Below, one piece after another: positions 25,405-32,123 of a stretch of DNA of 32,123 bases. The translations under genes and the position numbers were made by a program. The DNA comes from Nanobdellota archaeon. GTDB lineage: Archaea > Nanobdellota > Nanobdellia > UBA10117. Under the pieces are notes generated by a model, which was not told the DNA's origin, ran no database searches, and worked only from the letters and a program-made list of their open reading frames with translations. The stretch covers positions 1-32,123 of the forward strand of contig JBBSXK010000003.1 of NCBI GenBank assembly GCA_038045805.1, written 5' to 3'. The first letter of the stretch is position 1; every line of letters begins with the position of its first letter.

Positions 25405-26173
25405 TTACAAATATATGATCTTCATCTACATAGCCGCGCAAGGCATCCGCTAATTTCGTTCCGCCTATAGCCTCTGGCAATATTATATAATTTGCACCTG
25501 CTTTTTTGAATTTTGGAATTAATTTTGAATCTGATATTCTTACAGCAACTTTCAAAGCTGTATTCAATTCCTTTGCTGTCAGAACAGCAAGCAAATTCTT
25601 GCTGTCATCTCCAATTGCAACTGCAATTCCAGTAGCATTATTTATACCTGCTTTAATTAGAACATTCTCATCTAAGGCTTCTGATTCAATAACATAATAG
25701 CCCTGTTCTTTCAACTTAGCTATGGTTTCTTTATCTTTCTCTATGAAGACGACTTCTTCGCCTGAATTTTTTAATCTATCTCCTATTGGCTTTCCTACTC
25801 TGCCAGCTCCGCAGACAATATAATGTCCGTGCAAAGCCCTAATATGTTTCGTTTCCTTTACCTCCTTATAATAATCGCTGAACTTTCCTTCAATTGCCAG
25901 TCCGAACGTAGTCCATAATGCGAACCATATAATAAGTGCACCGAAGAACTTCATTACCAATCCCCACGTTCCGAGTGCCTGATCTACAGTTCCGCTACTA
26001 ACTTTTCCAGAGCCTGCAAGTATCGATACAGTTAGCGCCAATGCTCCTGTTGGTGTTTCGTCAAATATTATTATTGAACTTAACACACCTATCGTAAGTA
26101 TCGCAACTACCAATATTACGAGCGCTCTTATCTTACCTAAAAACTCAGGAGTATTTGAAACTTTTGGAAGCAT
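25397..26173 (-). CDS. two-TM channel-like protein with a C-terminal RCK/TrkA-N domain
   Basis: HYIVCGAGRVGKPIGDRL...VVFIEKD is a Rossmann GxGxxG TrkA-N motif. The N-terminal half has TM1, a short re-entrant-like segment and TM2. The filter position reads TVSILAGSGK, not TVGYGD. Confidence 0.75.
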   Translation of the reverse strand: MLPKVSNTPEFLGKIRALVILVVAILTIGVLSSIIIFDETPTGALALTVSILAGSGKVSSGTVDQALGTWGLVMKFFGALIIWFALWTTFGLAIEGKFSDYYKEVKETKHIRALHGHYIVCGAGRVGKPIGDRLKNSGEEVVFIEKDKETIAKLKEQGYYVIESEALDENVLIKAGINNATGIAVAIGDDSKNLLAVLTAKELNTALKVAVRISDSKLIPKFKKAGANYIILPEAIGGTKLADALRGYVDEDHIFVND

Positions 26174-26240
26174 ATCTGAAACTCTATTTATTAGTATAAA
26201 TAATTAGTTATAAATAGATCAGATACAAATGAGGCTAAAT

Positions 26241-26696
26241 TTATGTATTAGGCGCTTTTGACTGGCCTCTAGCTATCTTTTCGATTTGATTCGCTATGAA
26301 TTCTGGATTTTTGACTCCGGGAATTACAATAGGACCATCTTTTTGGAAGCCGTGCATTTCTATCTTACCAACGTTCAAAAAACGCTCAAGGCCGCTTTGC
26401 CTAACTTCTACATTTGTCATAGTAGATAAGAAAATTCCAGAGCGGCTTTTCTTTACAATACCATCAATGAAATAAATCTGTTCCGGCGTTATATGCCATC
26501 TTTTCGACAGCAAAAATATTTCGGTTTCGAGCAAAAGCATCACAATTCCTGCTATAACTAAAATAGTTATTAAAATATTAAATCCAGAGAAGAATGTAAA
26601 ACCGCTATAAGCTCCGCCAAAAATTCCTGCGAGAATATAATTGCCCAGGAAGCCGATTCTCGAAGGTCTTATTTTTAACTTAATTTTATCAGACAT
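26241..26696 (-). CDS. membrane-flanked bacterial PH (bPH_2/YdbT-like) domain protein
   Basis: Two N-terminal TM segments, then WHITPEQIYFIDGIVKKSRSGIFLSTMTNVEVRQSGLERFLNVGKIEM, which is typical of bPH_2. Confidence 0.7.
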   Translation of the reverse strand: MSDKIKLKIRPSRIGFLGNYILAGIFGGAYSGFTFFSGFNILITILVIAGIVMLLLETEIFLLSKRWHITPEQIYFIDGIVKKSRSGIFLSTMTNVEVRQSGLERFLNVGKIEMHGFQKDGPIVIPGVKNPEFIANQIEKIARGQSKAPNT

Positions 26697-26697
26697 A

Positions 26698-27642
26698 TCA
26701 TTCTACACCTAAAAAGTCTTCACACTCGCCCTTTGACAGACCAACATCTATGCACTCTCTTTGTACTTCTTCATTACTGTGTCCTTCTATAGTATATTTC
26801 ATTCCTTCATCTGATGTTTGAGTTTCTGTCTCTGTTGTGTTGTCTAAAGTCTGTGATTCTACTTCTTGCGGTATTATTATTGGTAATGGCATATTTAACT
26901 CTCCGATTGTTTGGGGCTCAGTTGTGGTCTCTGTGCTAGTACCTTGATTTAATTCGTCTCCAATGTTCAAACCTTTAGCTTTTGCATAATTGGTTATACC
27001 TTCGAGCTGTACTTGTCCTGTTTCCAAAACGCGGACTATTCCAACGAATGGTCCGAATTCAAAAGATTCTGCATCCAAATTAAATGTAACTTTTCCATTG
27101 TTAAATGAAACACTACCAGTCATATCTGTTCCAGAGAATGATGGTAAATTTGCGCCGGATAAAATTAAACTTCGTACTTCTAATCCGTGAGCTGTCAAAT
27201 CAACAGTCTTGTCGCTCGTCTGTCCAATTCCATTAATGTAAAATTTTGATGCCTCGCCCTCAAGCGAAACTAATTTTGGATTCAATGAATCGAGAGATAT
27301 TTTTCCTTTGAAATTAACTATCCGCAACTCTAATGTCTGTTCGCCTATTACATCGAGTTGACTTTTATCTATTTTCAAAACAGAATTTGGCGAATCGTAA
27401 ATCAAAACTAATTCTTCGTACGTTCCTTTTGCAGATATAGGCAATCTATCAAAAGTCGCTGTCATCTGTATTGTTTTCTCTCCCGCTATTGCGCCTGGTA
27501 ACGACGTAAAGAAGCCCGTTGGTGTTGCTTGTCCTAAAAGTGCTATCCCTGCTATAGCTCCTAATACTACAATAGCTAAAATAATTTTCCAATTATAGAT
27601 TTTATTGTGATGACTAGGGCCTATCGTAATAGATTCATTCAT
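26698..27642 (-). CDS. hypothetical secreted or anchored beta-rich protein with an acidic Cys-containing C-terminus
   Basis: N-terminal TM segment (IILAIVVLGAIAGIALLG). The stop lies 1 nt before the bPH gene start. A TATA box (27663-27672) is centred about 26 nt upstream of the ATG. No family recognised. Confidence 0.6.
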   Translation of the reverse strand: MNESITIGPSHHNKIYNWKIILAIVVLGAIAGIALLGQATPTGFFTSLPGAIAGEKTIQMTATFDRLPISAKGTYEELVLIYDSPNSVLKIDKSQLDVIGEQTLELRIVNFKGKISLDSLNPKLVSLEGEASKFYINGIGQTSDKTVDLTAHGLEVRSLILSGANLPSFSGTDMTGSVSFNNGKVTFNLDAESFEFGPFVGIVRVLETGQVQLEGITNYAKAKGLNIGDELNQGTSTETTTEPQTIGELNMPLPIIIPQEVESQTLDNTTETETQTSDEGMKYTIEGHSNEEVQRECIDVGLSKGECEDFLGVE

Positions 27643-27747
27643 GCTCCGAGAAGCTTTCTTACATATATAAAATTTGCTTTATAGAAACATATGAAATTTC
27701 TAGACCGCTAGCTTAGTATGTAATTCTATAAAAAAATTATATTAAAA

Positions 27748-27871
27748 TGCGGGGAAGAGGATTCGAACCTCCGAAGACACTAAGTCAATAGATATCTCGA
27801 TAGAGATACTCAGCAAGAGCAAACTTTTGCTATCTTGAGTCTATCGCATTTGACCGCTCTGCCATCCCCGC
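27748..27871 (-). tRNA. tRNA-Leu(CAA) with a 40-nt intron at 37/38 (intron about 27794-27833)
   Basis: Minus-strand fold: GCGGGGA-TG-GCAGAGCGGTCAAATGC-G-ATAGA-CTCAAG[intron]A-TCTAT-TGACTTAGTGTCTTC(long variable arm)-GGAGG-TTCGAAT-CCTCT-TCCCCGC-A. No CCA encoded. A T-rich tract follows. Confidence 0.85.
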
Positions 27872-27933
27872 ATGAGTGAAACGAATGCAGACCAGCTAAA
27901 ACCCTTATGGTTTAACTATTCCCGCATCGCTAG

Positions 27934-28007
27934 TGGGCCCAGCAGGATTTGAACCTACGATCCCATCCACGTCAAGGATGTGTCATACCGGGCTAGACCA
28001 TGGGCCC
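27934..28007 (-). tRNA. tRNA-Val(GAC)
   Basis: Minus-strand fold: GGGCCCA-TG-GTCTAGCCCGGTATGAC-A-CATCC-TTGACGT-GGATG-GGATC-GTAGG-TTCAAAT-CCTGC-TGGGCCC-A. 74 nt, no intron, no CCA. Confidence 0.9.
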
Positions 28008-28028
28008 TCATAAAAAGACTAAAACTGC

Positions 28029-28038
28029 TTTTTTAAAT
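28029..28038 (-). promoter_or_regulatory. TATA box (ATTTAAAAAA) for tRNA-Val(-tRNA-Leu)
   Basis: Centred about 27 nt upstream of the tRNA-Val 5' end. No comparable TATA box is seen in the 62-nt Val-Leu spacer, which suggests a dicistronic precursor. Confidence 0.45.
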
Positions 28039-28398
28039 CTAAGTTTTGATTTTGTCTACTAAATCTCCTACTCTTTTTTCGATTGCGGTTCTTACAACTA
28101 TGCCGCCGAATAAAAGACCTGCTACCAATAGAGCGACGCCAATTGCTTTGTAAAATACTAATGCATAAATCAAACTAACTCTAAATGAAATATCAAATAT
28201 GCTTATAAAAAAACCAGACAGAGCTGCTACCTCTACCGCATCTGATGGAGTCGGTATGATTATATAAATTCCAATAAATGCCAACGCTAAAGCGACAGCA
28301 GTAATTACATCTAATCTAATCTTAGGAGTATAGTGAAACCTACGATAGACATTATGTGTTCGGTCCGATGAGTGAGGAACTTTGAAATTTCGTTTCAT
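28039..28398 (-). CDS. hypothetical membrane protein (3 TM segments)
   Basis: Basic N-terminus followed by hydrophobic segments. The ATG lies 26 nt from the centre of the shared TATA at about 28424. Confidence 0.55.
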   Translation of the reverse strand: MKRNFKVPHSSDRTHNVYRRFHYTPKIRLDVITAVALALAFIGIYIIIPTPSDAVEVAALSGFFISIFDISFRVSLIYALVFYKAIGVALLVAGLLFGGIVVRTAIEKRVGDLVDKIKT

Positions 28399-28410
28399 GG
28401 GGGAGTTACA

Positions 28411-28432
28411 TATAATAAAGTATATAAATATC
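28411..28432. promoter_or_regulatory. bidirectional TATA region (TATAATAAAGTATATAAATA) in a 51-nt divergent spacer
   Basis: The centre (about 28424) is equidistant, about 26 nt, from ATG 28398 (minus strand) and ATG 28450 (plus strand). Confidence 0.45.
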
Positions 28433-28449
28433 TTACAGTTGGTCTTATT

Positions 28450-28818
28450 ATGGCTAATGGAGCAAATAAATTTGAGTATGTCCAGTTCGAAGATTATGAT
28501 GGTTTGATTGGAGAGATTAAATTAATCTTAAAAGACCTAAAAGAGTGCAGCAGTGACGTAGAAGATTTACAAAAATTGTGCAATGAAAAACAAAAAGAAG
28601 CGAACGTAGCTAAAAAAATAATACTTGATATCAAAACACATATTCAAGAACTTAATTCTATGTTTATGAAAGACTTATTTGGAGCGGAAAAAGCTAGTAA
28701 CAAAACTTCTGATGCTTCTCCAAAAGAGAAAAAAATAACTAAATTGGTAAATAAAGACGCTCTTATGAATTTACAAAAAAATCTTGACGAATTACGAAAT
28801 CAATTAGATAGGGTTTAA
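28450..28818 (+). CDS. hypothetical coiled-coil protein
   Basis: The tracked ORF begins at GTG 28372 but would overlap the divergent gene and the TATA region. ATG 28450 (MANGANKF...) fits leaderless spacing. K/E/L-rich heptads. Confidence 0.55.
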   Translation: MANGANKFEYVQFEDYDGLIGEIKLILKDLKECSSDVEDLQKLCNEKQKEANVAKKIILDIKTHIQELNSMFMKDLFGAEKASNKTSDASPKEKKITKLVNKDALMNLQKNLDELRNQLDRV

Positions 28819-29216
28819 CTTTCGTCTGGAGTTGTAAGTTTAGATTCGACATCTGCAACTTTTTCTTGCGCTTCTTGGAGTAAAGCATTCCAGCCTTCTA
28901 TTATTTCTGCTTCTTTAGTTTTAATTTGAGAAATTTTATCGAGCGTATTTTTCAGCTCATCGATTTTTGTCTGCATATCATCTATAGTTCGTACAATATC
29001 TTTGTACTTTTTGATTTTTATAAAAACAGTTGTTTTTTCTGCAGGACTTATTTGCTTAGTCTGCGGCTTAACTTGCTTAATAATTATAGGCTTGGTACGC
29101 GCCATCTTTGGAAAAGGCGATAATTCCGCATCATCTGAATCTGGTAAAGCTGGAAGAGGTGGTAAAGATGGAAATTTATCTTCTGATTCCGCTATCTTTC
29201 TTTTAAACAATTCCAT
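28815..29216 (-). CDS. hypothetical protein: Pro-rich acidic N-terminus plus C-terminal coiled-coil
   Basis: FPSLPPLPALPDSDD, then VFIKIKKYKDIVRTIDDMQTKIDELKNTLDKI...EGWNALLQEAQEKV. Overlaps its convergent neighbour by 4 nt. Confidence 0.55.
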   Translation of the reverse strand: MELFKRKIAESEDKFPSLPPLPALPDSDDAELSPFPKMARTKPIIIKQVKPQTKQISPAEKTTVFIKIKKYKDIVRTIDDMQTKIDELKNTLDKISQIKTKEAEIIEGWNALLQEAQEKVADVESKLTTPDES

Positions 29217-29267
29217 AGCCTAACCAGTATAGTTTAGCTTTTATATATTATTCACTTCTATGTGGGG

Positions 29268-29948
29268 ATGAGGTTAATAGTTCTGTTATTTATTCTGCTA
29301 ATTGTTCAGATAGCTTATGCTGACGATTTAGAACTCTCTATAATTGCTGGAAATTTCTTTTCGGATGAATCAAACGAATACAAATTAATTGTAAAAAATA
29401 TGAATGGAACTGCTCCGGAATATATCAATTTTACAATTGAATATTGGATTTCGAATCCTGCTGACGAATTAATTAGCGGCTATCCAAAAACTACAACTAA
29501 CGATTTGAAAAAACAGCGGACAATAAGCAGGCAATGGACTCCAGATGATACTGGATTGTTTTCTATTTGCGCTAAAATCATTTCAACCACTACGAATGAT
29601 GATAATCCAGATAACGATTATTTTTGCAGTGAAGTTTCTGTAGCCGGACAAGTAAATCAAACCGATGATGAAATCATTATTGCTGAAGAAAATAGCGGAG
29701 AAGAAGCCAACGCTATTATAGACGAACTAGAAACACACGAAAGCGAAGTAAATATTAGTTTTACTACTGAAGAAAATCAAACTAAAGAAGTAGTGCAATC
29801 GTCAAATCTACAACCGAATAAAATAGAAAAAGTGTTAGAACAAAAACCAGATACAATAAAAGTTTCTATGTTTCTGTTCATAGTTGCATTAGTAACAATA
29901 ATTATAGTAGTTTTATTTAAAATCTATAAAGATTCAAATAAGCTTTAG
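29268..29948 (+). CDS. surface protein with a CARDB-like domain and a C-terminal TM anchor
   Basis: Signal peptide. YKLIVKNMNGTAPEYINFTIEYW.....TISRQWTPDDTGLFSICAKII....DDNPDNDYFCSEVSV resembles CARDB. Then an acidic linker and a TM segment. ATG 29268 is preferred over GTG 29262. Confidence 0.55.
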   Translation: MRLIVLLFILLIVQIAYADDLELSIIAGNFFSDESNEYKLIVKNMNGTAPEYINFTIEYWISNPADELISGYPKTTTNDLKKQRTISRQWTPDDTGLFSICAKIISTTTNDDNPDNDYFCSEVSVAGQVNQTDDEIIIAEENSGEEANAIIDELETHESEVNISFTTEENQTKEVVQSSNLQPNKIEKVLEQKPDTIKVSMFLFIVALVTIIIVVLFKIYKDSNKL

Positions 29949-30417
29949 TTTCGTTTAGATATGCCCATCCGTACTTCCATGCGTCAGCTTTGGTTTTATC
30001 CAAAACTTGATTGTACAAATATTTTTCGTAGAATGCTTTTAGAAATTTCAGCACTGGCGTTACTTCCCATTTATCTTCTTTATCTAATTTTATTGTTGCT
30101 GTTACTTCAATCTTAAGTTTACCCTTTTGCATTGTTTTTTTCTCTCCGTCTACTTCCACTTCAACATCAGTTATTCTAGATAACTCAAATATAGTATAGA
30201 TTTTATATTCAGAATACTCGTCTACATCTTTGGCTGCCGACCACTCTATATTAATATCTTTAGTGTCGCCTTTAATTTTCTCTTTATATTCTTTTTCTGA
30301 GACGATAAACTTTCTTGCTTCAAACCAGTCATGCAAATGAGAATAAAATTCGCCTAAATCAAATATACCCTCGTACGCTACTTTTTCTCCATCGAGTACG
30401 TTTATTTCGGTCGCCAT
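29917..30417 (-). CDS. hypothetical cytoplasmic protein
   Basis: Intact 166-aa ORF with balanced composition. No motif recognised. 32-nt convergent overlap with the preceding gene. Confidence 0.55.
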   Translation of the reverse strand: MATEINVLDGEKVAYEGIFDLGEFYSHLHDWFEARKFIVSEKEYKEKIKGDTKDINIEWSAAKDVDEYSEYKIYTIFELSRITDVEVEVDGEKKTMQKGKLKIEVTATIKLDKEDKWEVTPVLKFLKAFYEKYLYNQVLDKTKADAWKYGWAYLNETKAYLNLYRF

Positions 30418-30505
30418 ATGTTATTTTACACTCTATCAGCTGAATAAAAACCTTTGCCATATAAATTACAAATACATTTATATACTGTAAACTATCTTTG
30501 AGAAT

Positions 30506-30757
30506 ATGAAGCATATATTGCACCATACAAAAACAAGAACTCCAGATTTATTGGAAATTGCAACACTTGGTGTTTTAATTATTTGGACGACAACTACTAT
30601 TTGGCTTTTGGCAAGAGCTATGACTCTACCTATATTAAGTTCTATAACGTGGGAATCTTTGCAAGCTATCTTTACAGCTTTTATTAGCATAACTATTCTT
30701 GTTTTGGCGGTTATACTAGCCGATATTAGAAAAGAATTGAAAGATTTGTATAATTAA
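30506..30757 (+). CDS. small two-TM membrane protein, hypothetical
   Basis: Two clear hydrophobic helices. A TATA-like CATTTATATAC lies about 25 nt upstream of the ATG. Preferred over the overlapping antisense ORF 30478-30690. Confidence 0.45.
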   Translation: MKHILHHTKTRTPDLLEIATLGVLIIWTTTTIWLLARAMTLPILSSITWESLQAIFTAFISITILVLAVILADIRKELKDLYN

Positions 30758-30881
30758 TACAAAAAGCATCGACTTTTCTTACACTATAACAAGACTTTTA
30801 AGACTTTATTAATTGCTTTCATACGTTTTAAAATGTGCATTGCAAAACTAGCTAATCATTTTAATTATATGGAGTTCGCAA

Positions 30882-32123
30882 ATGAACAATAATCAAATGC
30901 AGCCGATATTTATTCTGCCTGAAGGCACTACACGAAATACTGGCAAGTCCGCTCAGCGCGCAAATATAGCTGCTGCAAGAGCTGCTGCCGAAACTGTAAG
31001 GAGTACTCTTGGCCCAAAAGGCATGGATAAAATGCTCGTTGATTCTATGGGCGATGTCGTAATTACAAATGACGGCGTAACAATTCTTGACGAAATGGAA
31101 ATCGAACATCCTGCTGCAAAAATGATGCTTGAAATCGCGAAAGTCCAGGAAAACGAAATTGGCGATGGTACAACTTCAGCAGTAATAATTGGCGGCGAGC
31201 TGTTAAAAAAAGCTGAAGAGCTTTTGGAAAAAAATATTCATCCTGCTGTAATTGCAAATGGTTACAAATTAGCAGCAGAAAAAGCGCAGGAAATTCTGCC
31301 AAAACTCAGTAAAAGCGTAACTATAGAAGATAAAAGCGTACTCACAAATATTGCGATAACTGCTATGACTGGGAAGAATGTTGAAATGGCAAGAGAAAAA
31401 CTTGCTCAGATTGCGGTTGATGCAGTTCTTAGAGTGGCAGACCAAAAAGATGGAATCATAATTGATACTGATAATATAAAAATAGTAAAGAAAGAAGGAG
31501 CGGGCGTAACCGCCTCGCAGTCAGTTCAAGGAATAGTTTTAGACAAAGAGCGAGTCCATTCAGGAATGCCTCGTTCAATTAAAGATGCGAAAATAGCCTT
31601 GCTTGAATGCGCTATTGAAGCAAGAGAAACCGAAACTGATGCTAAAATACAACTTACAGATCCAAGACAATTACAAGCTTTCTTGGAGCACGAAGAGCGC
31701 GCCCTAAAAGATATGGTTGGAAAAGTAATTGCCAGCGGTGCAAATGTAGTTTTCTGCCAGAAAGGCATTGATGATATGGCGCAGCATTATTTAGCCAAAA
31801 AAGGAATCTATGCTTTGAGACGTGTTAAAGACAGCGATATTACAGCTTTATCAAAAGCTACCGATGCAAAAGTAATTGCGAATATTAATGATTTAACTTC
31901 TGATGATTTAGGTTATGCAGGATTAGTTGAAGAAAGAAAACTGCATAAAGAAGAAATGACATTTGTTGAAAACTGTAAAAATCCGAAAGCTGTTTCTATA
32001 ATTTTAAGAGGTGGAACAAAACACGTCGTAACGGAAGTTGAAAGAGCTATGACTGATGCTATCGGCGACATTGCCGCGGCTATAACTGTAGGAAAATATG
32101 TAGCCGGCGGAGGTGCAGTTGAA
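30882..32123 (+). CDS. ths: thermosome (group II chaperonin) subunit, N-terminal 414 aa (3' end lies off the window)
   Basis: Not in the ORF track because there is no stop before the window end. My translation is [82 protein letters not shown]..., which carries the GPKGMDKML and ITNDG(V/A)TIL signatures. GGAG (30871-30874) lies 7 nt upstream of the ATG. Confidence 0.92.
   Translation, partial: MNNNQMQPIFILPEGTTRNTGKSAQRANIAAARAAAETVRSTLGPKGMDKMLVDSMGDVVITNDGVTILDEMEIEHPAAKMMLEIAKVQENEIGDGTTSAVIIGGELLKKAEELLEKNIHPAVIANGYKLAAEKAQEILPKLSKSVTIEDKSVLTNIAITAMTGKNVEMAREKLAQIAVDAVLRVADQKDGIIIDTDNIKIVKKEGAGVTASQSVQGIVLDKERVHSGMPRSIKDAKIALLECAIEARETETDAKIQLTDPRQLQAFLEHEERALKDMVGKVIASGANVVFCQKGIDDMAQHYLAKKGIYALRRVKDSDITALSKATDAKVIANINDLTSDDLGYAGLVEERKLHKEEMTFVENCKNPKAVSIILRGGTKHVVTEVERAMTDAIGDIAAAITVGKYVAGGGAVE

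Noticed and set aside
30478-30690. 70-aa minus-strand ORF overlapping the 83-aa plus-strand ORF
   Set aside because: The plus-strand ORF has two clean TM helices and a correctly spaced TATA box. The minus-strand product has no such support, and only one of the two can reasonably be real.
30833-30892. 19-codon upstream ORF ([19 protein letters not shown]) overlapping the thermosome start out of frame
   Set aside because: It probably lies partly upstream of the predicted TSS (TATA at about 30825-30834). It has no RBS, and short ATG-initiated frames are expected by chance in AT-rich leaders.
30861-31768. Three minus-strand ORFs (79-82 aa) in the last 1.3 kb
   Set aside because: They are antisense to the thermosome CDS. 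That CDS is missing from the ORF track only because it runs off the window without a stop.
1-32123. Looked for CRISPR arrays, tandem repeats, DGR-type template/variable repeat pairs, IS elements, integrases and toxin-antitoxin pairs
   Set aside because: I found no regularly spaced direct repeats, no reverse transcriptase, transposase or integrase motifs, and no long nucleotide-level duplicates by eye. A computational self-dot-plot would be needed to exclude diverged repeats.

Overview
AT-rich, densely packed archaeal chromosomal segment. The archaeal assignment rests on DnaG-type primase, class I CCA-adding enzyme, FEN1, aEF-1beta, type-2 AspRS, thermosome, SMC-ScpAB, intron-containing tRNAs without encoded CCA, and TATA boxes about 26 nt upstream of start codons. 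Short genes, many overlapping or 1-nt-spaced start/stop codons and numerous small secreted or membrane hypotheticals suggest a small-genome uncultured (DPANN-like) archaeon; that is inference only. I support about 41 CDS, 3 tRNAs (2 with canonical 37/38 introns) and a few promoters and terminators. I saw no rRNA, CRISPR array, transposase, integrase or reverse transcriptase. Most of the window is housekeeping. The candidates for something undescribed are: (1) a 3-gene, translationally coupled membrane operon built around a processive-type GT2 synthase, next to the S-layer gene; (2) a same-strand cluster 24356-27642 encoding three copies of a Cys-bracketed secreted module, an RCK channel-like protein without a canonical K+ filter, a bPH membrane protein and a secreted beta-rich protein; (3) a non-coding hairpin element at 9911-9993 with 17-bp perfect inverted repeats and an 8-bp flanking direct repeat; (4) an M50 site-2-protease homologue embedded inside the smc-scpA-scpB operon; (5) a wHTH plus Mrr-like nuclease-fold protein. 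All functional calls come from motif recognition by eye. No database search was run.
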